Origin: Amoebidium appalachense
Taxonomy: Eukaryota; Protista; Ichthyosporea
Reading direction: 5' to 3'
DNA length: 64,000 nt
NCBI GenBank assembly: GCA_963693365.1
Contig: CAVNZM010000003.1
Span: forward strand, 1,337,506 to 1,401,505
Part shown: one piece after another, positions 29,955 through 64,000 of the stretch
Numbering within the stretch: position 1 is the stretch's first letter
Layout of the letters: every line of letters begins with the position of its first letter
Notes under the pieces: generated by a model
Database searches by the model: none
The model's input: only the letters and a program-made list of their open reading frames with translations
What the model was told of the DNA's origin: nothing
Made by a program: the position numbers and the translations under genes

Positions 29955-32839
29955 GTTGTAGGGAGAATGAGTGAGAACTAGCTGAAAGAAGTACACGTTC
30001 GGTTTGTGTAACTGAAATATGTTGATAGAGACTGTTCAACTGAAAACTTCAAATGGTGCTGAGGAGTTCTTGTATACTCGACTATTTGTGTGCTGGTTCT
30101 TTAGAATTCGTTGGTTTTCTGTTTCGAAAAGCCTGCACTTCCGATTTTTATAGTCGGGGTCGAAGTTCCAGTGTTTCTTCCAATACAATACCACAGGTGT
30201 GGGATCTCAAGTTCCTAAATTACTAATTATTTGTTTTTACTAACGTTAAGTTGTAACAATGTATGGCTACGTTCATATGTTTAGGTTATGTATTCCACAT
30301 TAATAGAAACTAATGTACCAAAAATGCATAAAATTTTATTTTATTAACAGAAAATATTCTTCTAATTGATATCATTGAACACAGGAATCAAATTCAAAAT
30401 AGACACAAATGAACTTCGCCACTATAAAAAATACTAGGGTGACTTAACAATTTTTTGTATAACCTGATCCAATTGGTCAGGTCGTTCATCAACTGCCATA
30501 TTTGGAAGTCGTTTCCGGCGCACAGACTCAGATCCGTGCTGGGCCACATTCAGGCACGCTCGGACCGTGCGCGTCTAATAGGCGAATTATTAGTAGATAA
30601 GTCGATGCCAAGAGTATGCTTATTAATTCAAGTTCTATGATAAGTTACTAGCATGCTTCAGTGGAATAACAGACAACAGAAAGGGTTTTGAGGGTTGAAG
30701 TAAACTTTGCCATGGACACGGTGGGACTGATGGCTGTGGGCCGTCGCCGCATTCCTGGTGTTATCGCTCAGGATTCTTTTTTTAAGAACTTTACCTCGCT
30801 AGTGTACAAGTATCGCGAAGATCTACGCTGGTTTCCTAGTTATGTGTTTGAGATATTATCGCGGTTTCTGCCTGTATCGAAGCTACTCGATCATTTCAGA
30901 AAAGCACTGGAATAGTTATAATTACGTTGGCTTATGTTGTAGGCCTTGGATGGCAATTGTGGTATGCAAAGAGAGAGAGACCTTAGGAAAGTGGGACGTA
31001 AATCTACGTTTTTGGAGCAATTCAAACGAAGAATTTAGTCTCTTAGGCTTCAGGGCTGGAATCCAAGCCGTGATCCTGCAGGTGTGTTCAATGGGCAACA
31101 TATTACATTTGTGGATCAGTGCACTTTAATATGTGCCTGCGTGTGCAGGCCTCCTTGAGTTTGGGCGTGTGTGCGTGTGTGTGCTTGTATGAGCGTTCAC
31201 GAGCTTGCATGCTCTGCATGTCTGCACTATTACCGACTTTCGTCACCTGTAGATCGCCTTTGCTCCCCTCCCTTCCTCGCCCTCCTTCGCGCCCTGCCCA
31301 CCCTCCCCAACCGTGCCAATTGTGTAACTGTACAAGATCATGTTCCTCTCTTAGGCATCTGTGTGATTTAGAGCTGCTCTTTCTTTGTCCATATCCGAAC
31401 TTTCTGCTTGTTTTCGGTGCCAGCTTGAAAGTCCAGAAGGAAGCAGCGGCTGCCCCTTCTTACACACGTTTCCTTTGGTACAGGGCCAGAGTTCTGAGGC
31501 ATGGGTCCTTCTTTTCCAACCAGAAGCAGGCAACCATAGTGTGGCAACATACAGGTGGGTGCTACATGGCTGGGTGTTGCGAGAGAAGGTGTAGGGGCCA
31601 GCTGGTAAAAGCGGGGTGTTGGGGGGGGGGGGGGGGGGGGTGGGGAGTGAGGGGAGGTGGGGAGAGGGAGAAGGGGAAGGGTTAGGAGGAGGGGAATCGT
31701 TGGGGATGCTGGGTGTTGGCCTCTCATTGCCAGTGTTTTGAACCGTATACGCTTGAACCTAATTACTTTACAACATGCATCCCTGCGCTTCTCCTCCTCC
31801 CCCCCACCCCCCCCCCCCCCCTCCCCCCTCTCTCCCTCCCTCTCTCCCTCAATCCCCTCCCTCCTTCCTTCCGTCTCTCCCACCCACCCTCCCACCTACC
31901 CACCCACCCACCCACCCACCCTCCCCTCCTCCCTCTCCTCCTCCTCCCCCCCTCCCCCCCCCCCCCCTCTACCTCACTCCCTCCTCCCCCCTTCCCCTCC
32001 CCCCCCCCTCCCCTGCCCCTTGCCACCCCTCTGGACAACATTCTTTGGTTGCTCCGATCCACCTAGTTATGGCGACCACTACCCCTCAGCATTCAACGAG
32101 TACTTCTATTCCTTCTCCCCCCTCCCCCCCCCCCTCCCCCCCCCCCCCCCCCGCCTCCTTTCTCCAAAAGATGAGACAGGCCGCAACCCTTATCATCCTG
32201 TTCTCCCACCCCTACAGCACTTTTGTCCCACTTTCTTCGTTTCCATGCAAGCTAAAGGGACACATTTCCACCCTCACTTTTTAAAAGGACTAGCCTATTC
32301 GTTCTTCGCCCCTGCTCATCTGCCCCCCCCCCCCCTCTTCTCTCCCTCCCACCCCTTCCCCCCTAAAGTCCTCCCCCCCCCCCCCCCTCCCCCCCCTCCC
32401 CCCTTTTTGTCTTGGGAGCAGCCTGATACACCCGCCCACTCCCCTTTCTCGTCTGAATGTCTATCTTCCCGCCCTCCCCCTCCCCCCTCATCCCCACCTC
32501 CCCCCCTTCCCCTCCCCTTCCCGTCACCTTCTCGCAGTTCTTCTTCTTTCCCCCCCCCCCCCCCCCCCCCCTCCTGTGTTCCCTCCTTCTGCATATTTCA
32601 GCCTAACCGAACTACCCATCTGCTCTACGCCGATGCCAACACACACGTGCACACACTTACGTGCAAGCACGAGCGCCTCTGTGCCCTCCCCACCCCACAT
32701 CCCTGCACCCCTTACCACCATCCACCTTGCTATAGTACCATACCTATCTCTCCTTCCTTCATCTGTCTTACGCCTCCTTGCTTCCACGCAGGTCTTGCCC
32801 TATCGTTTGCCCCCGCCCCTCCCCATCTACCACACCAGC

Positions 32840-44204
<11,365 letters not shown>

Positions 44205-44435
44205 GAAGTGGTTGCAGTGGGGGGTTTTCTGCGGAAGGTGGGGCTGGTGGTGCACATAGAAAAATTTCATTTCTTTTCCTCTTCTCTAAGTACTGAGTAG
44301 GTAGGTGCGATTGTATATACACTTTTGTTCGACTAGCATGTCAGAGTGATTATAGCTTCTCTTTCTTTCTTTTTTGGTTTACACTTTCACAGCACTGCAT
44401 GTTTTTGAATCCGCAGTTATGTTTCGAAAACCCAG

Positions 44436-44472
<37 letters not shown>

Positions 44473-44474
44473 TG

Positions 44475-44529
<55 letters not shown>

Positions 44530-45767
44530 GTGTATTTTTCTTTTCTTTCTTTGTAGGATAATTCCCTTGTAATATTTCATCTTTACCTGGCAAGCCTCAC
44601 CCAAACGAAGGCTCTGAGCTTCATGTGATACAACCTGTGATCTCGAATTCCAAATTCAGGGCCCCCGGGCCGGATTTCTCTCTGTACGGTCACCTACAAT
44701 AGGTAAGGGGCGGGTACTTATGTTTGCCTTGTATGTAATATTATGTATTACAATGATTATGGTATATACCTTTTTATCATCTTTCAGGCAATTTACGTAG
44801 ACGTAAATAAATGATATAAGCAAGAGCTTGTGCAAACACATGGGCCACGGTAATCGTAAATACATGTATCTTGCGTCGCAATAATGTATGGTCACTTTGC
44901 CGATTCTGGCTGCGTACGCGTAATAGGCATGCAAATGCAACGCCTTGTCACACCAATGCAATAGTGACCACATTTATGTTCCGAACAGGAAAAGACACAA
45001 AGGATTACACATGATTACACGCAAACACACACCACATCATAAACACACGTGTTTGTTTGTACAGTCAGTACACAGTGTTGAGTGTGCCGCCAACACTTCG
45101 GGCACGTGAGCATGTTTAGATGCCAAAGTAGATCCAGCCTTGCTATTGGCCAAATTCAAAGATTCGTTCAACTTAGCACCAATAGGAAAAGGCTTTGTGT
45201 TTAACTTTCGCATTCCTTTCGTTACCACATCAAATACCAGTGAAAGCCCTTGGATAAAATCTTCCAAACCAGATAAAAGTCGATCGCGAGAACATGTTTT
45301 GATCGCTTTGCATGTGTGTTGTGCCCTTAAAGCCAATTTAATATGAACATTTCTACTACGGTTGTGAGAGGCTTTCAGTCTACTGAGGCCTAAGTATGAA
45401 AGTTACACTTGAATACGGGAAAGGTTCAATTAAGCATCGAGGCAGCGTTCGGATTTAGTTGAATCTCGCTAGTGCATGTACATCATGAGAGTGGATGGGT
45501 AGCTTGTTCATCTTCCAACACCTTTTCATGTTTTCCGCATCCATCAGTGAAAGCACGATTGCCATACCGGCGTAGAGTCTCGGCTAGGGTTATAAAAGGC
45601 TTTCATAAACTTGACCTGTATGTGTCCAGTGAACAGCTTACTGTTTCTCTCTCAGTGAACCCATATCCATTTCCCTGTTCCCACGACCCTTACTTTTATC
45701 CGCGTGCTTCTTCAAGCTTTGAGCTCTTGTCAACGAGTATAGTGCTGCAGGGCCTGCAAAGGTCAAC

Positions 45768-54432
<8,665 letters not shown>

Positions 54433-55763
54433 TTGATTGATGAATGCCGTATGCGAGCATGGTCCAAAGCTTTAAGTATATAATGTGTGCCAGATTTGGC
54501 ATCGCTAATTTGAATGTTCAATATCAAATAAGTAGGTAGTAGACGTGTAAATTAGCTATAATACTGTAAGATAGTAGCAAAGTTGTGGTTTTTATGTTGT
54601 ATGTGCCAGAATCTTGGTTTGGGAGATTGTAAATTAAGATATTCAGCCCGTCCGTGTATGGTAGTTCGCAATGATCGGCTAGACCATAATGAAGCTCCTA
54701 TACGAGGATGTCCTCGTTATTATTGATTTGCAGCGCATAATGCTATCAAAAAAATACTTAATTTCTATCGGAAATACGTGTGTACAGCTGTCAGCTCCCG
54801 ATTTTAGCAGGCTACATGCTTCGTGATGAATGTGTGTCACTCTGCACCTCCTTTTAGCCTGGGCAGCATTGCAGGTTTGAATCCATTTCAAGTTATTTCA
54901 AACTTATTTGCTCTCTCTTTTCGTTTCTCTCACACACATTCCCTCCCTCCCTGCCGCTCCCTCTCCCTCTCTCTCCCCCCCCCCCCCCCCCCCCCCCCCC
55001 CCTCTCCCTCTCTCTATCTCCCTCCCTCCCTCCCTCCCTCCCTCCGTCACTCCCTCCCTCTCGCTCTCTCTCTCTCTCCCCCTCTCTCTCTTGTGTTTTT
55101 GCGGGTGTGGTGTATGACGATGTGTGTGTGCGTGTCAAGGCCTCCTAGATAAACCTGGGTGTGTGTGCAGCTGCAGGCGAAGCCAACACGCCTGTGTAGA
55201 GACTGGCAGAGCTTTAGATCTCATGCGGATATAGATTAGCAGCTGCATGTAGAGACAGAGACGTACCCATCTGTATGCGAGATGGCGATCCACACAAGAG
55301 ACAGTGTCAGAGCAAACGCACAGAAACGTACAGTGCAGGCTCGATATCGCCACACGCAGCCTTATGGTCTGCAAAACAAACACCACCAGAGACCAAGGCA
55401 GCAAACGATCGCGGCAGCGCAAACACATATGTAGGTACCTATCCATCCGCCATGCACAGTACTAGTGGGCGACGGCGGGGTGAACGCACAGAGCCTCACA
55501 TAGAAAAAGGTAGAGCAAACACGCACATACATGTACATACAGGCTGACAGAGGAGGCCTCGGCCTCGGGAGAGGCACAAAACTCTTTGATCACGTGCAGA
55601 GGATTACTAAGTGCAGAGAGACGTCCTGAGTCTGAGACGTACAGCCTGTTAAGGGACTTAAACTCAGTGATCACCAAGGCAGCTTTTACAACGCTGGCCC
55701 ATCTCTCCCCCCCCCTTTCCCCCCCGCGGCCGCCCCCCTCCCCAACACACACGCACACACCGT

Positions 55764-55876
<113 letters not shown>

Positions 55877-55940
55877 GTGGTACGTACCTACTCACACTCA
55901 CACGTACACGTGCACGTGCACTTGTCACGCACACACACAC

Positions 55941-56358
<418 letters not shown>

Positions 56359-56536
56359 CACCAACACCACCACCACCCGTGACCACCACCACCAAAGCCA
56401 CCCACCGTGGCACCCGGCCCCCCAAAAAAACCCTTGGACTGGCTACCCCGGCTGGGCCGGCGCCAGCGGGCCTGGCCCCCGCCGTCAAAGATTACGTAAT
56501 CGCGGCTCACCGGAGTCACGGAGCTGGCTCCGGACC

Positions 56537-56849
56537 CGGGGGTGTGGGGACTTGACTTCAAGTCGCGACTTGAAGTCACTAAGCACCTGACTTCCATTTA
56601 GTCAAGTCAAGTCATGTGGCCAATCATAATAGTGACTTGAAGGAAGAGGGGTGCTTGGGGCGGGGAAGAAAAAGAGGGGTGGTTGGAAGGGGGGGCGCAA
56701 TGTCCGCCCGTGGGTATGGCTGGCGGGAGGAGTTGCTAAAAATAGTACTTCTGCAAGTCGCGACTTCAAAGTCAAGTCAAGTCATCAAACCCAGCAAACA
56801 GTTATAAATATAAGTCAAGTCAAGTCATTGAGGCTCTGCCACACCCCTG
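56537..56849. mobile_element. MITE-like element (~313 bp), hAT-type termini with AAGTC/GACTT subterminal repeats
   Basis: Left CGGGGGTGTGG versus reverse complement of right CAGGGGTGTGG (10/11). Multiple GACTTGACTT / AAGTCAAGTC motifs and the palindrome TTCAAGTCGCGACTTGAA. No intact 8-bp TSD. Confidence 0.6.
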
Positions 56850-57548
56850 AAGCCTGGCTCACGGTCCACTCGCGGCACGGGCCATGTAGCAAGAGCTGCA
56901 GGTGCGCACAATAACAAACGCCAAGGTTGATTATTTAATAATAAAAAGGTTTAAGTGTAATATCAATACATACCTGCTTGCGTTTGCCTGCATGTCGCCA
57001 AGAAAAAAACACGAGTACTTGGACTTTTTACGAGTAATGATTACTGTACTGCAGTCTGTAGTGTTTGCCCATGTACTGGAAACATTCGGAACGTGATTGG
57101 ATGACCGGTAAACGGAGCGAAAACAAGCCAATAGAACGCGGCTAATGGGTGAAAGTGAGAAAAAACCCGTTTTGTTTAATTTGATCCAATCATATACATA
57201 GTCTACCACTTAAATGTTTAAAGTGTAATATTCACCCCATACCTGAGACCCCCCCCCATACCCCCATACCTGAGACTGGTTCTCTTTGCCTCGAGTAAAC
57301 AGCGTAAACCACAATAGTATAAAGTCATGTTTACAGTACGGCGTGATTTCAGTTGCGTCATCGGTGGTCATCCGGTTTGGATCTAGCCGTTGCCAACTCT
57401 CTTTACGTATGGTTATGTGACGCTCTCTTTTCCCCATCAAAGTATACTTGAGAGTACCGCGAGCGTTTTATACACATAATGTATAAAAGGAGACGAAAAC
57501 GAAGCTTTGTATCTGTGTTCTTGCAAAACTGAAGATCAGGTTCTAGCA

Positions 57549-58347
57549 ATGGCAGCGATTGCATTTGCTGCGCTGATCCCCGCGGCAGGCGGGTTCATGG
57601 GCGTTAACTCCAAAATGCCTTCCCACCACAGCAACTATCCTCAGGTATGTTTTTGCGCAGTGCAGGGAAAAACGTTTCTCTCTCTGTGTGTGTGTTTATA
57701 ACAAGTTTGGTGTTTATTGGAAAGTAGAACTCTGCATGAAGCCGATGAAGTTGGTTGTCCTGATATGTGCAAGCAGCTCACGAAAAGAACTTTTTTTTTC
57801 TTTTTTTCTTTTTTTCCTTGCTATTATTATTAGCTGGGGCGTGGCTTGGTACACGTCAGTGAATGTGCGTGCATGTATTTTTTGTGCCACGGAATTTTGT
57901 AGGTGCACGTGCGTGTGTGTATGTATTTGTATTGTTATATGGAAGCACACGCCCGGCGCTCGTACTTGTGCACGTGTGTGTTTGCTTGAGCTACTTCTGC
58001 TCACTCCTTTGCGAACTTCGCTCAAGCTGTGCTGATGCGTAGGGTCAGGTTTGTGTGCCACTTCCTATGCCGTATTGTGTGTTTGTGTGTTCTATGCGCC
58101 AAGGTGAATGAGCACGCTTGCACATGCACATTTGTCAAGAAAAAATTGCTCGTTATGTGAAATTTAGTTTAACTTACAGTGTGAGTTCACAGTGTTCCTT
58201 TTTTCGGGGTTGTTCTTTCTGATTAGCTGCCCTTTTTTTGGTGTGTACCCTTATTGCTGTCTGGGACATCTCATACATGCATGTATTACCAGCCAGATTA
58301 CCAGCCTCAATACCCAGATGTAACTGACTTCTGTACGTTCATCAGCG

Positions 58348-58425
<78 letters not shown>

Positions 58426-58494
58426 ACTCGCACTGTGACACACACACGCATGCACTCGCACACACACACACAAAACACACACCATAGCGCATAT

Positions 58495-58569
<75 letters not shown>

Positions 58570-58669
58570 CATGTCTGCGCAGGTCTCTGCCATCGTTCCG
58601 GCATCCGTGTGATGATCTTCTCCGAGCGGGGCCACCACACGCTCGAGTTTTGCAGCATGGGCTGCTTTC
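57549..58669 (+). CDS. 5' part of a small gene: hydrophobic N-terminus plus CxxxC...FCSxxC (zf-FCS/TRASH-like) motif; remainder not found
   Basis: Exon 57549-57644 ([18 protein letters not shown]...YPQ|GTATGT) and exon 58570-58669 (CACAG|[11 protein letters not shown]...LEFCSMGCF|GTAAGT) are phase compatible. A micro-exon is possible near 58291-58319. Confidence 0.5.
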
Positions 58670-58789
58670 GTAAGTACGGCACGCAAACCTCGGGTGTACT
58701 TTGACTACATGGCCCAAGTGCCAGAATAATAGCCATTTTAGGAAGGTGTCGAACCATATTTGGAAGGTACATCAGCAATCTTGCGCGAA

Positions 58790-60300
58790 CATCCAAAACA
58801 TATCAAACCCATCTAGGATATGCAACTGTATATTAATGGATATCCTTTGGATATACACACGATATGTAGGATGGTTTCAGTCGAACATATCAATACCATC
58901 CACTGGATATATACAACATGTCTATTTCCTCCTGACCTCCAACCAATGTCCAATATATATGTAGTTGCATGCTTAGATAGTGATCAAGATATTACACCCC
59001 CAATAGATATCACATATGGATATCCATGCTGTACCTCCATTGGGCATCGTTGTGATATCACATATCTGGATATGCAATCAATGCTTATATGGATACATAA
59101 GTGCACCTATAATGGCCATTAAATACACATTAGATGCATATGAATGCAGACATCAAACGCCATCTGGTTGGTTCGGCATGTATTGGATATTAGACAGATG
59201 CCCACAATGGATATCGACGCTGGATATCCAATGATGGAATTTCAACTGCATTCCTCCGTTGGATAGCTATATGGATATGTAACATTCTGGATATCCATTT
59301 GGATGCTTAGCTGTATATTAGACTGGATCAGTAACAACATATCCAATACATGACTGCCACGGATATCCGATCAAAATCCCCATACAGATATCAAGATATC
59401 CCTGTCGCAAGACATGCAATACACCTAACAAGTATATCCAATGGCGGTCTATAGTGGATGTCCATATTGGATATCCATTGAAATATCCAGATGGATCGCT
59501 AATACATGTGCACTTGACCCCAACGCTAATGAACAATGCATGCCCATATTGGATACGTTCAATGGATATCCATTCCGATATCCAGATACATACGCATTTG
59601 CTTGTCCACTAGACCCTCCTATAATAACCAAAGCATGACGATTCTACATATCCAATTAGATCACCAAATATGGCTCTGACGGTTATCCATATACACCCGC
59701 ACGCTGATGTCCAATAGACAATCATACTAAGACACAATGGATAGCTATACTGGTTATCTAGGCTTAACATCCATACAGATATCTTGATACACCTGCATTT
59801 GCCCATCCACTAGACCCTAATACTAATATCCAATCCATGACGAAAATACATATCACAATAGACCCCCATACCGATCTCCAACGGCTATCCATATGCACCC
59901 CTGCTTACCCATCCAATATATGTCGATATTCATATACAATGCATCACCATTCACAATATCTAAGCTTAATATCCAACATGATATGCGGATACATATACAC
60001 CTACATATGCACTCGGCACCTATGTTGATACCTAATGCATGAAAAACAAACATATCAAAGTAGATGCCCAACCTAATGCCTAACTCTTAACAAACATACA
60101 TGTTTTGGGATATCCATTTACACCCGTATCTAATACTCAAAATATCAATATAACAGCTATCTGGGTTGATACCCATACAGATAGCCAGATACATCTGTAG
60201 CTACATGTCTAGGGTATATCCACTGGATTAATTGCATAATTTTGGTACTGTATATCTGCAGCATATCTATTAGGGTGTATTTGATATGTAATAAGGCATT
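58790..60300. repeat. Subterminal repeat region with >20 GGATAT/ATATCC/GGATATCC motifs and a degenerate ~200-bp tandem duplication
   Basis: GGATATCC at approximately 58839, 59018, 59222, 59289, 59361, 59470, 59564 and 60108. GCATTTGC..TCCACTAGACCCT recurs at ~59595 and ~59795. The region has no microsatellites, unlike host introns. Confidence 0.85.
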
Positions 60301-60543
60301 TCCGGATAAACATTATACATCTTTACTGATCCATCGCATGACCATATGATGGCTAATGACCACCATTGATAAATAAATTATGTCTGGTCTTATATCTATC
60401 ACATAAGTAATACTTATCCACGGCACAAAGTTACACAACCACGTTATACTCGGTTCCACAAATCAAGGGGAAGAAATAGATAAAAAGAGGAAGAAAAAAA
60501 AAAGAAAAAATATAGTTTAGTGACAAACACACACACACATGAG

Positions 60544-60632
<89 letters not shown>

Positions 60633-60634
60633 AG

Positions 60635-60685
<51 letters not shown>

Positions 60686-60713
60686 GTCACCCACAAACAC
60701 ACACACACATGAG

Positions 60714-60834
<121 letters not shown>

Positions 60835-60864
60835 GGGGGGGGGGTAACATTAAAAAAAAGTAAC

Positions 60865-61193
60865 CTTGCATGATAACGTCGTCCTCGGTGTCCCTGAGGT
60901 TGTCTTCTTCTCCATCATCAGTCTGAGGGAATGGGATCCCTACATCCTCCCCCTCCACCGCCTCCAACAGCTCCTCCAAAGAAACATCGGGGGCCTCGTC
61001 TTCCACAATTAAATTGGCCCCCCTCTCCTCCTCCAGACCCATGATGATGGTCCTACGCAAATCCAGGGCATCCCAACGCCGTACCTTGGTTGCTACCTGA
61101 GAAAGCAGAAAGCAACAGAACGTGTGCAAGAATGTGGGACCTATACACACAGTACATACACACAACGCCTGAGGGGACTAAAAAGGATTCATA

Positions 61194-61225
<32 letters not shown>

Positions 61226-61233
61226 GCACAGTG

Positions 61234-61271
<38 letters not shown>

Positions 61272-61307
61272 GCACACACACACACACACACACACAACCA
61301 CGAGGCA

Positions 61308-61388
<81 letters not shown>

Positions 61389-61439
61389 CGAGGCACACAC
61401 ACACCACACACACACACACACAAACCCGATGCACACACA

Positions 61440-61507
<68 letters not shown>

Positions 61508-61799
61508 ACTGGCACACACACACACACACACACACACAAGCACGAGGCACACACACACACACACACACACACATACAAGCACCGTGACGAGGCACACACA
61601 CACACACACACACAAGCACGAGGCACACACACACAAGCACCGTGACGAGGCACACACACACACACACACACAAGCACGAGGCATACACACACAAGCACCG
61701 TGACGAGGCACACACACACACACACACACAAGCACGAGGCACACACACACAAGCACCGTGACGAGGCACACACACACACACACACAAGCACGAGGCACA

Positions 61800-61879
<80 letters not shown>

Positions 61880-61912
61880 CACACACACACATACACACAT
61901 TCTGGGACACAC

Positions 61913-61956
<44 letters not shown>

Positions 61957-61985
61957 CGAGGCACACAAACACATACACACATTCT

Positions 61986-62083
<98 letters not shown>

Positions 62084-62087
62084 CACA

Positions 62088-62146
<59 letters not shown>

Positions 62147-62181
62147 GCACACACACACACACACACACACACAAGCACGAG

Positions 62182-62213
<32 letters not shown>

Positions 62214-62266
62214 GCACCGTGACGAGGCACACACACACACACACACAAGCACGAGGCACACACACA

Positions 62267-62314
<48 letters not shown>

Positions 62315-62345
62315 CGAGGCACACACACACACACACAAACACGAG

Positions 62346-62391
<46 letters not shown>

Positions 62392-62393
62392 AG

Positions 62394-62427
<34 letters not shown>

Positions 62428-62798
62428 AGACACAGACACACACACACACACATACACACACATACACATACACACACAAGCACCGTGACGAGGCACACAC
62501 ACACACACACAAGCACGAGGCACACACACACACACACGCGGGCGCGCGCGCGCGCACACACACACACACAAACACAAACACACACACACATACCTGCAAC
62601 ATGAACGTACGGTTCTTGTTTGTCATAGGATATGATAGCTTGCATTAATGCTTGTGTGCCCGTTCATAGCCCTCAACTGTCTCTACAGGACCAAAAAGGC
62701 GGGTGTCGTCGCTGCAATGGTCCCCGGCATGGAATTTGCTTGACTTGAGGTCGTTCTCAGATGAAGAATGAAAGCAGTCGTACGCAGACTTGGCCATA
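60865..62798 (-). pseudogene. C-terminal exons of a Plavaka-type transposase with an in-frame stop
   Basis: Exon 62798-62594 plus exon 61096-60865 read KSSKFHAGDHCSDDTRLFGPVETVEGYERAHKH*CKLSYPMTNKNRTFMLQ|VATKVRRWDAL, then an acidic tail. This matches the remembered Plavaka pattern K.H...H....IR.FG....TE..ER.H....K..Y..(S/T)NK.....Q. The TAA is at 62647-62645. Confidence 0.75.
61195..62590. repeat. Composite minisatellite filling the transposase intron: (CA)n punctuated by AAGCACGAGG, AAGCACCGTGACGAGG and ATTCTGGG
   Basis: Directly visible; more than 20 punctuating motifs. Confidence 0.9.
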
Positions 62799-63120
62799 CT
62801 GCCGGGGGGGGGGGGGGGGGGGGGGAGGGGGGGGAGGGGGGAGGGGGGAGGGGGGGGGGGGGGGGGGGTTGGTGTCAACCGTGGCACTGGATATCCATTT
62901 GAGCATACTCTATACGGGTAATTGTTCCCAAAACCATATGCATTGTAGCTCTAATTGTACATTAGGATGATTGATCTCCTTTGTATATCCTGTTGGTTAT
63001 GTAGTGTATGTACGTTGGACATGTAAGGATATTTATATAGATATCACACGTGATCACCATTGGCCATCGAATCTATGTCCATTTGATTCTGTGTTCCTGC
63101 AGCTGGCAATGTGTGTGCCT

Positions 63121-63257
<137 letters not shown>

Positions 63258-63259
63258 CT

Positions 63260-63296
<37 letters not shown>

Positions 63297-63318
63297 GTAT
63301 GTGTGTGTGTGTGTGCGT

Positions 63319-63464
<146 letters not shown>

Positions 63465-63481
63465 GAATGTTTGTGTGTGTG

Positions 63482-63521
<40 letters not shown>

Positions 63522-63536
63522 CTTCGTGTGTGTGCC

Positions 63537-63588
<52 letters not shown>

Positions 63589-63592
63589 CTCG

Positions 63593-63623
<31 letters not shown>

Positions 63624-63663
63624 CCCAGAATGTTTGTGTGTGTGTGTGTGTGAGTTTGTTGGT

Positions 63664-63694
<31 letters not shown>

Positions 63695-64000
63695 GGAAAA
63701 GGGGAAGGGTGAGGGGGGGGGGGGGGACCGCCGGGTGGGAAAGTGGGGGGGCTTGGTGGGGTTTTGTGGTGCACGGCTAAAAATTGGTGCACACGTTCCT
63801 AGCACCCATATGCTACTTTGTACCAAGTGTCAACTGCTACTTGCACGTGGAACACGTGTTATTCATTATTTGGTGGTGCCCTGAGTAGTTGATGTTGCAC
63901 ATGTAGGAAAAATAACATTCGCGGGTGTAAACGTAGGGGGGGGTTTTTTGGTATTTTGGCTGCAGCCCTGTAACTTGGCCCACACCTCCCTAGTGACCTA

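Noticed and set aside
30455-31129. Short ORFs between the reductase and the TANGO1-like gene
   Set aside because: No recognisable homology or consistent exon chain.
31424-31554. Tudor-like WYRARV peptide in a possible exon upstream of the TANGO1-like gene
   Set aside because: That frame is not phase-compatible with the acceptor before the ATG at 32840 and has no other Tudor features. More likely 5' UTR or chance.
45037-45346. 99-aa and 68-aa overlapping ORFs in intergenic DNA
   Set aside because: Non-ATG starts and no motifs. Could be TE debris but this is unsupported.
55140-55700. Possible exon fragments (LTEEASASGEAQNSLITCRG...)
   Set aside because: No start, no downstream donor and no recognisable family.
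61195-62590. CRISPR-like repeat/spacer appearance (also 7700-7830)
   Set aside because: The spacers are just (CA)n of variable length, the repeats are 10-16 bp, there are no cas genes, and the context is a eukaryotic intron.

Overview
Eukaryotic genomic DNA with spliceosomal GT-AG introns packed with (CA)n/(GT)n, (GA)n and poly-G/poly-C tracts. Almost all of the supplied ORFs are translations of these repeats. The gene content and intron style suggest a unicellular opisthokont/holozoan (inference only). I rebuilt the following by hand from splice sites and exon phases: (1) MLH3 on the minus strand, running off the left edge; (2) a 5-exon SLC25 mitochondrial carrier; (3) a bacterial-type CoA-disulfide/persulfide reductase-rhodanese fusion with one host-style intron, a likely horizontal transfer; (4) a ~1580-aa protein with signal peptide, transmembrane segment, coiled coil and Pro-rich tail, matching TANGO1/cTAGE5 in architecture and local motifs; (5) a FUSC/ALMT-like membrane transporter; (6) a small FCS/TRASH-zinc-finger-like gene fragment cut off by (7) a degenerate, intron-containing Plavaka/CACTA-type transposon with GGATATCC-rich subterminal repeats. 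Other signals: introns bracketed by complementary G/GT-rich 5' ends and C/CA-rich 3' ends, often without a U-rich polypyrimidine tract; a dispersed intronic repeat always co-oriented with its host gene and carrying hammerhead-like core motifs; an intronic hairpin; and several MITE-like elements. Comparisons to known proteins are from memory. No database search was run.
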